Notes: generated by a model from the letters alone, not told the origin. DNA of 63,388 nucleotides, filler included, from Olpidium bornovanus S191 (GCA_017911155.1; 23 parts of 23 records of this genome joined end to end with filler, not necessarily neighbours in it), one strand, 5' to 3'. Positions 1-15,451 are shown, counted from the whole stretch's first letter. Made by a program: numbers and translations.

Positions 1-258
1 ATAGGTCTTGTTGTTCAATTAGCAGTCCTTTTGGCAGGGGAGGGGGCCTGGGAAAGGGCCCCTGCCGCGCGATTTTCGTCTGACGTTCCCTCTCGCTCGC
101 GTTCGCCCGCCCCTCGCCCGCCCCCGCCCCCCCCCCCCCCCCCCCCCCCTTTTTTTCCCCCCCCCCCCCCGCGGCCGCCGTGCCTTCCGCCGCTGTTCTG
201 CCGCCGCCGCCGCCGCCGAGGGCTGCTCCCCACCGGGCGCCCCGGAGAGGAGAGGTAG

Positions 259-3700
<3,442 letters not shown>

Positions 3701-3774
3701 TTTATTTTTTTTATCGGCTGACGATGGTGGCAAACTCCGGTTTGCGCCCGACCCGCTTCGAATTTATTTTTTTT

Positions 3775-3810
<36 letters not shown>

Positions 3811-4195
3811 GTTTGCTGTCCCTCGGACCAGAAATGGGGGCCCCTGACACGGCTACGGAACCCGAGTCCCATAAAACGCTTTTCCCCGCGTATACACGTG
3901 CTGGCCTGCCTGCGAAAACATGTTTTTTTGCTGTCAAGATATCCGATTTCGGCCCGCCCATTATTCCCCATCGTCACGGCCCCCCTCGCTTGAACAGAAA
4001 GCGTTGAATTACGGTGGAAGCATGTGTGATGGTGTAAAAAACAAAGCGGCGCAAATGATCGCGGCGGGCAAAGAAGCCCCAAGTTTAGTCTGAATTGTCC
4101 TCAATCCTCAACTTCTTTTTTCCACCGTTGGTTGCGGCCGATGTTACAGATCCCCTCCTTCGCTGGATGTGTAACCAAAACCGTCAAAAAAGGAA

Positions 4196-6190
4196 TCAAT
4201 CAACCTCCGCAAACAACAAACGCAAACTCCCACCATCCGTCCGCGGACACACCTTTGACCGCACGATCACCTCCTCGTCATCATCCACGTCCATCGGCGA
4301 TAGCGGGACGCCCTCAGGTTCTGTCGCTTTCTCCGCTTCGACATCCTCCATCTCCACGTCCGGTGCGTCACCAAACCGCGCGTCGTTCGTTCCGCTTGGC
4401 TGGTCACCTGGCTCCGCCGTACCGGACGACTGCTCCGTCGCGGCAGCGGCGGGGGCACCAGCAGCATACAGCGGGGGTTGCTGCTGCTGCTGCTCCTCCT
4501 CCTTTGCCCGTTCGATCTGGCGATGGATGGTGACGCGGATGGATTCGCAATACTTCATGCGCTGCTCGCAAACCCCCCGATCGTACATGATGTACCGATC
4601 CTTAGGCGCCAGCGTCAGCTCTGCAAATATGCTGCCGACCAACGAAGAAAGCTTTGTCAGCGCGTTTCGCCAAATGGACGAGGAAAAAAAAAAGGCGTCA
4701 CCCTATTCCCAACCTCCCCCATAGGCATAACTGCACACCTTTTCGCTCGAATCAGCTTTTCCTTCGCTTGCTCCAGTAGCTCGAGGCTTCGGTCGTGTTC
4801 ATGTTTCTCGGAAACATTTTGGGCGAATGCCTGAAGTACAAGGCCGAGGTCGTACTGCGTGTTCCGGTCGTCCGGCCGTTGCTCTAACACCTTCTCGACG
4901 CCCTCCAGTGCCTTCACCAGGTGGTCTGTCGCCTTCTGCGTCTTCCCCAGGATGTAGTTCACTTTGGCCAAACACAACAAGACGTTTGGATCATTCTCGG
5001 CATCGAACTTCTTCCCGCCGTATTCGTACTGTTTCCGCGCGAGACGGGAGAACCGTTTCCCGGATAAGCAGGCGTCCAAAAAGAAACAGCCGATGGCGGG
5101 GCCCGGTCGCATAGCAATAACGGAAAGATTGTCACAAACGGCCCGCGTGTCGGGCGGCACGCTTACCACCAGCTGGGCCTCGGAATACTTCTCCAGTTCG
5201 ACGAGGCAGTGGCCCAGATTCATCCAGACGGGAAACACGGAGCCTCCCGTTTCACGGATCTGGGACGCGGCGCCCGCGTCAGCGGACAGAAACAGAAGAC
5301 GCCTCAGCTGAGTGGCGCAGGCACACCTTCCGGAACATCTCGCAAGCTTCTTGGTGCATTCCCCGCTCGGCGACAACGACCGCAAGCCCGTTCGCAGCGT
5401 AGATGTTTCGGTCATCGTACCGCAAGGCGTAGCTGTACATTTCCAAGGCCTTCTTGTACTCCGACTCCCTCTGCCGTTAAAAAACAATGGGCAGATCCCC
5501 TGTCTCAGTAACAAACTCGTCATCCTCAGCACCTGCGCCCTCGCCGCCCGCTCATCCCACCAGCTTCCTGTCCTTTTCGTTCTTCGACATATGCAGGTAC
5601 AGGTTCCCGAGGGCCGTAAGCGCGTATCCGTCCTCTTTCTCGAGCTCCTGGAGGACGCGTTCGTAGCTCTTACGGGCGCTGCGGATCTGGCCCCGCTGGA
5701 ACTGAAGAGCGCTGAGGAGGATGACCGCGTCGGCGCGGTTCTTATCGATGGCCAGCGCCTGTGCAAAATGCTCCCCCGCCGAGTCAAGGTTGCCTGCCTG
5801 CTGCGCGATGATCCCGAGTCTCAAGTGCGCATTCGTGTACGCAGGGTGTCTCTGCAGGAGCGCCCGGTATTCCCGCTTGGCCCCCTGCACGTCGTTCGTG
5901 TCTTCCAGCAAACGGGCGACGTTGTATGAAATTGTTGTGAGGATGGCGTCCCGCCTTTCCGGCGATATGGGCCGTGGGCTCAAAACCCATCCCTTCGCCA
6001 GAACTGACTCGTCGCCGACGCTCGTTTCGGCAGCCATCCTTGCCTGGTTGTAGTACGTACGGGCCGACGCATGGTCGCCTTCCAGGTGATGCAACGCGCC
6101 TAGATTCGCCAGCAAATCCGCAGGCACGGGCACCACGGCCTCCTTATACAGCTGTTCAGCCAACAGCAACGCTGGAAAATAGTACCCGGG
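4196..6190 (-). CDS. CTR9: Paf1 complex TPR scaffold Ctr9, C-terminal part (5' truncated by contig end)
   Basis: TPR exons LLANLGALHHLEG, TTISYNVARLLE, HPAYTNAHLRLG, DGYALTALGNLYL, DDRNIYAANGLAVV, VWMNLGHCLVE and NVLLCLAKVNY run collinear with human CTR9. Introns are GT-AG. Confidence 0.92.
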
Positions 6191-6290
6191 NNNNNNNNNN
6201 NNNNNNNNNNNNNNNNNNNNNNNNNNNNNNNNNNTTAATTAATTAANNNNNNNNNNNNNNNNNNNNNNNNNNNNNNNNNNNNNNNNNNNN
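6191..6290. other. Artificial contig spacer (first of 22)
   Basis: 44 N + TTAATTAATTAA + 44 N. Spacers start at 6191, 13927, 15452, 17462, 19410, 20641, 23236, 26031, 27951, 31880, 33111, 35322, 37352, 39716, 41002, 44730, 48997, 50792, 51896, 57097, 58825 and 62185. Confidence 0.99.
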
Positions 6291-6583
6291 CGGCACCCGA
6301 CGGCCGCCGCTGATGCTGCTGGTTAATCTCGGCACCCGACGGCCGCCGCTGATGCTGCTGGTTAATCTCGGCACCCGACGGCCGCTGCTGCTGCTGCTGT
6401 TCAAGCTCGGCACCCGATGGCCGCCGCCGGTGCTGCTGGTTAAGCTCGGCACCCGACGGCCGCCGCTGCTGCTGCTGTTCAAGCTCGGCACCCGACGGCC
6501 GCCGCTGCTGCTGCTGTTCACTCTCGGCACCCGACGGCCGCCTCTGCTGCTGCTGTTCAGGTTCGGCACCGGACGGCCGCCGC
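6291..6583 (-). repeat. Coding 39-bp tandem repeat (13 aa, RRPSGAExxQQxQ), at least 8 copies, runs off the contig end
   Basis: Unit such as cggcacccgacggccgccgctgatgctgctggttaatct recurs with period 39 and is in frame with the Spa2 SHD exon. Confidence 0.95.
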
Positions 6584-7474
6584 TGCAGTTGATCGAGTTC
6601 GGGGCAACGCCGCTGCAGCTCAAAAAATACGTCCGAGGCGAGATCCTTGAACCGGCTCGTTGGCAGTGTCGCCAGCTTCTGGCGGGCCTGGTTCCTCTTC
6701 GGATGGAAATCATCTCGGACCGGCAGAAACGGGACTGAGATACATCGCGCAGGCGGAAGGCAGTCCCGCAAAACGTCAGCTCCCGGCGAAAGGTTTTCCA
6801 GGGAGCAAAGGACGCATCGTCGTGCCGGGCGTCTTCAGCGTATCGCTACAGCGGAGCTTGGCGGAAGCGGCGCACGCGGGGTGAGGAGGAAGGAGGCGAT
6901 GTGTGCAAGGAAGAGGAGTCGAAGAAAAGGAGGGTTCGACGACGGATGCCCGTCCGTCGAGCGCCGGATACGGCCTTTCGGGACGCACCGTCGGGCGAAT
7001 CCAGTAACCTCCTGCTCATCTCGTCGTACACATCGGTGCTGAGTTCCAGGAAGTGCTGCTTCGACAGGCCCATAAGCTTATCCATTGCGGATCTTCGTTG
7101 TTTTGTCTGCCCATCCTGCTCTGAGTAATGCGCAAGGGGCGAGGCAAGGACCGAGCGGAGGGACGGGGCGAACCGAGACGCCGGTCAGGAAAAATCCTTC
7201 CCGGAGATCGTCGAGGGGGTTGCGAAGGGACGCGGCCGCGGTGGGTGGTGCGGTCTCGTCAGGACGGAGAGGCCAGACTCGCCAGCACCCTCCCCTTCCT
7301 CTCAGCGCGTCGACGGGGAGAGAACTGGCCCCCCCCCTCCCCCACCCTTCGGCCCTGCCTCCTCCCTTCCGGCCGTTCGCCGCCGTTTCTGCGCTCACCC
7401 TTGAGCAGGTGCGCCTCGAGGTACTTCCTCAGCGCTGCGTGGTGCACCTCTGCGGTTGACCAGCTTCCGGCCAT
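6291..7474 (-). CDS. SPA2: Spa2/GIT-family polarity protein with two Spa2-homology (SHD) repeats (3' truncated)
   Basis: Spliced product [25 protein letters not shown] | ..[30 protein letters not shown].. | [43 protein letters not shown] is the classic fungal SHD pair. Confidence 0.88.
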
Positions 7475-8479
7475 CGCGGAGAGCGGCTGGCCGGGGTGGT
7501 TTTGGCGGAGTGGGCCGGGCGGGGCTTTTCTGAAAGAGAGAAAAAAAAAAAAGTTTCGGAAACCGTCGTCGCCTGGGGGGCGGCGGAGGGGGGGGGGAAC
7601 CCCCCAGGGTTTCCCGCGCGGGGGCTCTCTCTGGACACCCGCAGAAGTGGCACGCGCGGCGGGGTCCCCGTCAACAGCCACCCCCTCCCCCCCACTCCCC
7701 TCCTCCGGCCCTCCTTCCAGCACTCCGGAGGCGTTGCGCGGGTGTCCGGGGAACGAGTTCAGTTGGGCGTGTCAACTGCAGTATAGTTCAGCTTGGTATG
7801 CAAGCTCATCTCTCCTTCCTCGCCTTGAGAGAGCCCATGATCACACAAATAAGTGATATCACATTTACTCTGATAACTTTTCGTTTCATATGGTTTGAGT
7901 GACGAATCTCATAGCCAGCGAATTCCGTGATCCGCCATTGAAGATGAAATTTGTTCCAGCGTGGCGTAACGGTCCCCGGCCGCGGAAGCGCCAGTTTTTT
8001 TTTTTTTGGGGGGGGGGGAATCAACTGGCCCTGATCCCAAAGGGGCGGGCCTGGCTCTGCTTGTGGGCAAAGCCGCGCAGGGGCGCCATCCCCGAGTTGC
8101 GTTCCCAGGATGTGTTTTTAGCTTTTCTGCGCAGGCGAGCAATCCGACACCAGAGGAGGGTAGTTTGCAAATTTTGCTCCGCCTGGTTAATCCTTGAATC
8201 CGCCTGCGGGTGACTGGTACCTGGCCAGTGACGTCGGTTTTTTCCCGGCGCCTCGGCCGTGAACGCGGGATTTTTTGTGTAAAATATCAGAGCTGCATTT
8301 CCAAAACTGCGATACTGATGTTCAACATCCAGCAGGGCGCGAGCCAACGGTAACGCGCTATTCTGTGCAATTTGCTCTCCATTGCTTAGAGCATCCGCCT
8401 ATTGGAATGATCAGAATTCTCCGCGGATACAGTAATAATCCCGTCTGCTTCCGTCGAATGATGCCCCCCAACCTTTGTG

Positions 8480-11400
8480 TTTGACTCGGCAATCGATGAC
8501 AATCTCGAGGACAGAGATGACACGGGACAGCTTTTGGCACCGTTCGCCGTCGCTCTGCGGACTCCAGCGTTCCAGTTGGCAAGGCAACGGGGTGGGAGGG
8601 ATGGGGGAGGTTGGCTAACAGGTGCAATCCAAAAACTCTTTGGCTCTCAAAAGAGGTTGGCGAGCTTTTGGACCAGAACGGCGAAAGAATTTTTCAATCG
8701 CTGTGGGGACCCCGCTTGAAAACGGGTGAGGCCACATCGGGAAAGCAGCACCGCGGACAAAAATAGTCCTTGATCGCCGGGCAAAAAAACGACACTGCTT
8801 GGCGACGAGAGATCCCGAGGTGCTTTCCAACAGTAAGCCCTCGTCGTTTCAAGGTCGAGCCGCCAGAGGACCGGCGGTCACGTTCTAGAGAAAAAAAAGA
8901 AAGCGTATTGCCCCGCCGCGACAAAACAAAGAACACCTGCTTAGTGTTCAGCAAAAGCTCTTTTTTTTTCTTGTCGGCCCGTCGGGTCAAAGGGAGAGGG
9001 AGGCGGGAGCAATGGCGCAGCTGGTAAAGCACCGCAATACTGCGTCGGTGGGCCCGCCGATCATGGATCCTACCGAGGTTTGCCACTGCCCGGCGCACGC
9101 CCGGAACATGCATGCGCTCATGTACGGCGCAGAAAGAGATACGAAGCCCAAACGTTGGTTTTTCGTTTCTCCGCAGCCCTCTGTCTTCTTTTCCCCGATA
9201 ATGCGCGGGCATTGCGGTGTATAACACGGTCTCGGACCTGGCGGCAAACAAAAAAAAACATCTAGATGAATTGGGCAAGGAAGCGGCTATCCACCGCATG
9301 CCGTATGCGGGGCAGCCGACGCCCCCATGGAAGAGCGCATTCGCCGCTGATTATACGGCCAAGCTGGCTGACCACGACGAGCAGACTAGAGCAGGTAAGG
9401 CGATCGCAGTGGTTTTGACGGTTCTTCAAAAAAAAATAATGTCGTTCGGGCGAAGGAAATAATGGTGCGGGGCATCAAGCATCGAACTGATCGACAATGG
9501 AGTCTCCACCGCCGCTCCCGAGCAGCTGAGGCAGCGCGGCAGGACGCTCTGGCAGCGCACTTTTTGCTATCCACCGGAAACGTCGCGGATATGCCGATTG
9601 CGCTCCATTCAAGCACGACTCAGCGGGACTACATCCCAAAAGTGAGCAATTCTGCAAAGAAGGGGAAAATGAATCTCCGGATTGAAAGCTTGTTAGGGAA
9701 TTTCGGTACACACTCACGTACGGTATTCAAAAACATTTGCTGCATCTGTATACCAGGTGTTGGCGAAAGAAGCGGCCCAGATCAAACCGCACATGCAGGT
9801 CAGAGAACACACGCGTTTGACGGATTTACGACCGAATTGATTCTCACAGGTAGTTGACGGTCGCCCCTGCAACAACTGTTTTCTTTTTTTTTTTTTCCTG
9901 CAAATTATTTACCGGCAGCCGCGCTACCCGCCGATCTTTGTCTCCAAAGACGAGTGCAAGCCGACGCGGAGTCTATACAAATCCGAATTCGTTCCGCAGG
10001 ACCAGAAGGCGGCCAAGCCCGACTTCCGTCTCGACCGCGCCGGGGCGATGAAAACCAACGTGCGACTGGGCGACGAGGACGCCTTGTGCGACTCGGCCAA
10101 ACAGAAGGACATGTACGAGTCCGTCACGAAAAAGTTCATGCTGTCGCTGCCCGACGTGATCTCCCCCGTCCACATCGTGAAGCCTGACCGGTCGAAATCA
10201 AACGTGCTGCACCCCTGGGGGCCCCAGAAAGGCGAAATGCAAACCACGCAGCGGACAGGTGCGGGAAGAGGAGAAGAAAGCATCCTTCGACCCTCAGGGG
10301 CCGGCTTGGGGGAGGGAGGTCGTGAGGGGTAAATTGGAATTGTTGAATGATCACCTTAATTTTTTTACTGTTTCCGTTCCCTGAAGTCCAGACTATACGC
10401 ATAACGACAAGATTGACCGAAAATCCCTGATGGTGGACAACGTCGCATTCACGAAGGACTTGAAAGCTACTCACTTCCAGGTAACGAGCCTCTCCATCTC
10501 TCACTTTCCGCAGCAAGGAGCTTAAAGTTTTCTACAAAATTTTTCTCTTTTCTCTCTGCTTTGTTTCCCCCTTAACGTTTGTCAAATTTGTTCGTTGCTT
10601 GCCTTCCGCAATATTGTTAAAAAACATAGCACTGACTTTTTTCCGATGCTGCTGTAAAACCCCCGCTGTTGGTGACGGTCCGCACCACGGGCCTTCTCTC
10701 TCCATTTTTTTGGTTGGACCTTGTCAGCTCGGAAGTCCCGATACCTGGGAACGCAAATCCCAGTACCAGGCCGCTTATCGTGGACAGGCAGTGCCAAACA
10801 TTAGAATGGAGCGGCGGTGCGCGGACACGGACGATGTCGAGCTCCGGGACGATCCGAAAGGCCGAACTGAGCAATCCACTAATTGCCTTGACTATTTGCG
10901 TCACCCTGTATCAAATGACATGGCAAGGGAAGCCCGGCTGATAAAGGTGAATTTTGTGGTCTCTCCCGAATGACGAGACAGATGAGATGACAATCGCTAA
11001 CCGCAAGAAAATTCCGGTGACCAGATTCTCAACAGCAAGCCATCAGTGTCGCTGTCGACTTTGGACAACTCGGGGCGGTTTGCGGCATCCACGACCAGTG
11101 GGGATGCCGCAAGCAGTGCCGCCGCAGCGGCGCCCTGGGCTCGAAAAGCGCGGGCACCGAAGCGGAACACGGGCGAGGCGAAATTGTTTGACGAGGAAGA
11201 CACGTCGCTGCGTGTGTCTACTGTACAGGTATTTTGCTTTTGGCTCAGAGGGGGTTGCGGGCGTGGGCCGAAGGCGGATCTGATTTTTCACAGGAGAATT
11301 CTTGCGGAGGCGTTTTCTCATTGGGATTCTTTAAAAAAACTAAATCCCGAAAAAATAACAACAAAAAAAAACCCCCCCAGGCCGACTACACGTGCCAGCC

Positions 11401-11998
11401 GCTCGACCCGTTCGCGGTGCGCATCGGCAACGCGCGCGCGTCCGCCGCGCGCGCGGCGACCCACATCTCGTTCGGCAGCGACCCGCCACAGAACGTGACC
11501 ACGACCGCGGCCCACTTCGGCCGCGAGATCGACCCCGGAAACTACCGGCAGACCACGCACGCGCGCGACCCGCGGAGTCCGCCGCGCGCGCGCGACGTGA
11601 TCCCGGGCGACGCGGCGTTGACGGACGGCGAGACGTACACCACGGTCTCGCGCAAAACCTACACGGACTTCGGCAAAGTGGGCTGCCTGCCCGCGGAAAA
11701 CTGCACCGGGTCCGCCAAGCTCGCCAGCGCGCTCCACCTCGACGGAGGCCCTACGGGCGGCCTCGACGAGGAGCACCGGCTCGTCAGCACCCACAAAAGA
11801 CCCTTCGTCCCGCCGGTTTCGATGAAGTACGTTGCTGCCGCCCCTACCGGCAGAGGTCCTTTGACGAGTCGGAAAAAGGAGGGTAGCTGCTCAGTGTGCA
11901 CTGTGTGCGAGAAATTGTGCACGTCCCAGTCATGCGCTGCAGCGAATCAAGCGCTTCTTGAGCTCCGGCCGACGAGGGGCGAGATCTCGGCCAACTGA
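8480..11998 (+). CDS. Multi-exon repeat protein resembling Mn-motif ciliary microtubule inner proteins (SAXO5/TEX45-like); boundaries approximate
   Basis: Exons with GT-AG boundaries encode recurring motifs: KSAFAADY, AHFLLS..SSTTQRDY, RSLYKSEF, TNVRLGD..ESVTKKF, QTTQRTDY, KATHFQ|LG..KSQYQAAY, QSTNCLDY, THISFG, TTVSRKTY, STHKRPF. Confidence 0.6.
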
Positions 11999-12410
11999 TT
12001 GTCTTGAAATACGTTGAAAACGTCTAAGGGGACAAACTGCGGAAAACGGGAATAGGGCACTTTACGTTATCACTGCGTGGTACCATATGGTGTCTTCAAT
12101 CCCATCCTGCCAGGCGTATCTCCCGCGTGTTTGTAGTTCGGCAGGCTACAAACTTTGGAGCGGCAAATGGGACATCACCGGGAAATGCACGCTTCACATT
12201 GGCTGGGCACAACCAGAAAAACGATGAACTCTGCATAAAACTTTTGAGTTTCATGAGCGGTGCCGGTTGCCAACCCAAGGTTGTAACTTCTGCATGCACG
12301 ATACTTACCTATCGGCAGTTGGCCATACAAAAGGCAACCAGCATGACGTCCAAGGATTTATCCCGCAGTTCAGGAGCACAGGATATGACGGATATGGAGC
12401 AATTGGGTGA

Positions 12411-12597
12411 CCATCCACATCAGTTGGAAACGCGGAACGCTCTTGGCAGTCCCGGGATTTTGCTGACCCTCAAGCCGAGAAGCTAACAGGTCAAAAGAAA
12501 TTCCATCCACACCAGTCGGAAACGCGGAACGCTCTTGGCAGTTCCGGGATTTTGCTGACCCTCAAGCCGAGAAGCTAGCAGGTCAAAATAAATTCCA
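12411..12597. repeat. Near-perfect 92-bp direct tandem duplication (2 copies)
   Basis: ccatccac...ggaaacgcggaacgctcttggcag...gattttgctgaccctcaagccgagaagcta...ggtcaaaa..aattcca starts at 12411 and at 12503, with a few substitutions. Confidence 0.95.
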
Positions 12598-12924
12598 CTT
12601 TGCTACGCAAACGTCTGAGGCTCTTTGCACGTGCATCTTGGGCCAAAAGTAGGCCTGCTCGGTTGTCCGGCACCCGCAGCGCGGGCGGCGGCGAAGGGTG
12701 GGGTGGGGGGCGGAGAAAAAGGTTGGACAAAATTAGGTTCCCTGTTTATGCGTTTTTGCCGAACGCGGGAAACAGGAACCTTGTGCACCAAGCCAGAGGG
12801 AAGGAGGGGGGGGGAAGGGGGGGCTCCAGTTGGACGTGAAGCTACGGAAGCTGCTGAACTGCGCAGCGACGGAAATCACTGCAGGACCATGCGTTCGGTT
12901 TTTGAAGGTTGCCGCAACCCCTGC

Positions 12925-13098
12925 GGCGAATCCAGCCATTACGTCGGGGGCCGTGGAAAAAAAAACCCCCTCATTATTGCAATAAATCCTGCAGCGAATC
13001 CTTTCATAATTTTTGGCACGGATCCTGCCACAAATCCTTGCCACGGTTCAATCTGACTAGACCTGCTGGAAATTGTGCGGCGAATCCTGCCACGAATT
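12925..13098. repeat. Degenerate short repeats (RAATCCTGC-like) upstream of a pogo transposase
   Basis: gcgaatccagcc, aaatcctgcagcgaatcc, gatcctgccacaaatcc and gcgaatcctgccacgaat. Confidence 0.55.
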
Positions 13099-13308
13099 AT
13101 AGTAGATATTGGCGCTGTGCACCTGCGACACCTGGAAGGGGAGGGGCGGTATGAAATGGAGCATGCGTGGGGTAACAAGTTTTTTCTTTCTTATAATACT
13201 TAACAGGGGTGGGGTTGGTATACAAAGACACCTCCGGCTGCCGGCGCGCCCCCGACCCTGTGCCTCGTCCGACGCCCAATCCCCCCCCCCAGCCCCAATT
13301 ATGCCATC

Positions 13309-13926
13309 ATGTCACGTGGCGGCATTGCAAAAGGCTCTAAACGACAGACGCTGACCGATGAGCTGCCCCGTGCGATTTGTCAATATCAGCAAGATAACCC
13401 ATCAGCAACGCAGAGAGATATCGTCCGATGGGTCGAGGCAACGCAAAAAATCAAGATCACCGAAACCACTGTCTCCAATGCGTTTTGACCGTCGGACGTT
13501 AAATTTCCAGGCCTAGACAAAACGCCTTTCCTGCATGGATTCGAGCAAACGAGGCACAGACCGAAATTTCCGGTAAAGTGGCAAATGCGATGCATTTTTT
13601 TTTTTTTTTTTTTTTTTTGGAAATTAGCAATGCTCACGGAACGTGACGGCACCAACAACTGTTGCACAGGCGAGCTGGTCACGATAAAGGCCGACCGATT
13701 CTTTGCGCATCGTTGTGACCTGATGAGCCTGCGATCAGATTTTGAAATGTATGGCTTGATTGTTTCAAACAACGCCACAAAAAGTCGCACAAGCGTTTTG
13801 GCGAAAGCAGATCAGCCGACGTGCAGGTGATTGAGGAAAAGTTGTCAAACATACGTCACATCCTCAGCGAATATGATTCAAAAGACATCTACAATATGGA
13901 CGAAACTGCACTGTTCTGGCGCATGC
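13309..13926 (+). mobile_element. Decayed pogo/Tigger (Tc1-mariner) transposase: CENP-B-type HTH, Tc5 HTH and start of the DDE domain
   Basis: MSRGGIAKGSKRQTLTDELPRAICQYQQDNPSATQRDIVRW..., then WLDCFKQRH..FGESRSAD...YDSKDIYNMDETALFWRM. Interrupted by a stop, frameshifts and a poly-T tract at about 13595-13618. Confidence 0.88.
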
Positions 13927-14026
13927 NNNNNNNNNNNNNNNNNNNNNNNNNNNNNNNNNNNNNNNNNNNNTTAATTAATTAANNNNNNNNNNNNNNNNNN
14001 NNNNNNNNNNNNNNNNNNNNNNNNNN

Positions 14027-15451
14027 TCATGAAGTACAAGCGGCGCGGCGATCCTTACCGGAATCCAAAGCGACGAGCGAACGACTGGAAAGAGATTAGC
14101 GCTCGCCAGAATCCCGAGGATTTGAAAGTGCAGGCAGCGCGTTGTATGGGTACGTAGGCATTGGGTACGGGCACTCGATTGGAGAACGCAGTCCAGGTAG
14201 TGACGTATTTTTGCTCCCGTTGCAGATTGCGGGGTGCCGTTCTGTCAATCGCAGCATGGGTGTCCGATCGGAAATGTCATCCCGAAATGGAACGATCTCG
14301 TTTTTAAGGGCGCCTGGAAGGAAGCTTTGGACAGGCTGCTTTTGACCAACAACTTTCCCGAATTCACGGGGCGAGTGTGTCCCGCTCCCTGCGAGGGCGC
14401 ATGCGTACTGGGCATCAATGAACTTCCGGTGTCAATCAAATCGATCGAGTGCGCCATCATTGACCGCGGGTTTGCGGAGGGCTGGATCTTGCCGCGTCCT
14501 CCGCCGCAGCGAACGGGTCACCGCGTGGCGATTGTTGGGTCAGGGCCCTCTGGCTTGGCGGCGGCCGATCAACTAAACAGGGCAGGTCACATTGTGACGG
14601 TGTATGACCGCAATGACCGCCACGGCGGTCTCCTGATGTACGGCATCCCAAACATGAAACTCGACAAGTCCCTGATCCAACGGAGGATTGACCTGATGTC
14701 CGAAGAAGGAGTGCGCTTCGTGGCAAACGCGTTCGTCGGGGGAGATCCGGCAACCGCGCCAGACGGAGTCACTGTCATCGACCCCTCCCGACTGCGTGCG
14801 GACTCAGACGCCCTACTGATATGCACCGGTGCCACCTGGCCACGGGACCTTCCGATCCCGAACCGAAACCTAAACGGGATCCACTTCGCCATGGACTTTT
14901 TGCAGCTCAACACCAAGTCCCTGCTGGACTCTGAGCACAAGGATATGAGGTACCTCTCAGCAAAGGACAAACATGTCGTTGTGATCGGAGGCGGGGATAC
15001 CGGCTGTGACTGTATCGCCACGGCTGTGCGGCATGGTAGGGATCTCATCCTGTCTTCCTCGGCATGCGATGCGGGTTTTGCGCTGTTCTGCGTGCTCAAC
15101 AAAATAATCTGGCGTACCGCCGAAACATTCTGGCAATAGGTGCGAAATCTGTGACGACCTTCGAGCTCCTGCCGCAGCCGCCCGCATCCCGCGCAAAAGA
15201 CAACCCATGGCCACAGTACCCACGGATCTTCCGCGTGGATTACGGTCACAGCGAGGTTCAGGCCCTTTATGGCAAGGATCCACGGCAATACGAAATCCTT
15301 TCCAAGGAGTTCGTGTCGGACGGCAAAGGCCATGTCAGCGGCATCAATACTGTTCGTGTTTCGTGGCACAAGGACGACACGGGCAAGTGGACGATGAAGG
15401 AGGTCCCTGGCACCGAGCAGTTCTTCCAGGCCGACCTGATCTTGCTGGCGA
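14027..15451 (+). CDS. GLT1: NADH-dependent glutamate synthase, C-terminal (GltD-like) region, partial
   Basis: QAARCM|[89 protein letters not shown]. Two introns, at about 14149-14226 and 15036-15139. Confidence 0.97.

Noticed and set aside
6235-6246. TTAATTAATTAA palindrome recurring 22 times
   Set aside because: Always centred in identical 44-N flanks; it is a six-frame stop linker added when contigs were concatenated.
6291-6583. Regular repeat as a possible CRISPR array
   Set aside because: No unique spacers, period of 39 in frame with a eukaryotic exon, and no cas genes.
12301-12310. ATACTTACCT resembling the U1 snRNA 5' end
   Set aside because: No downstream U1 features (loop I, ATTGCAC loop, Sm site). 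It is simply the reverse complement of a splice donor AG/GTAAGTAT.
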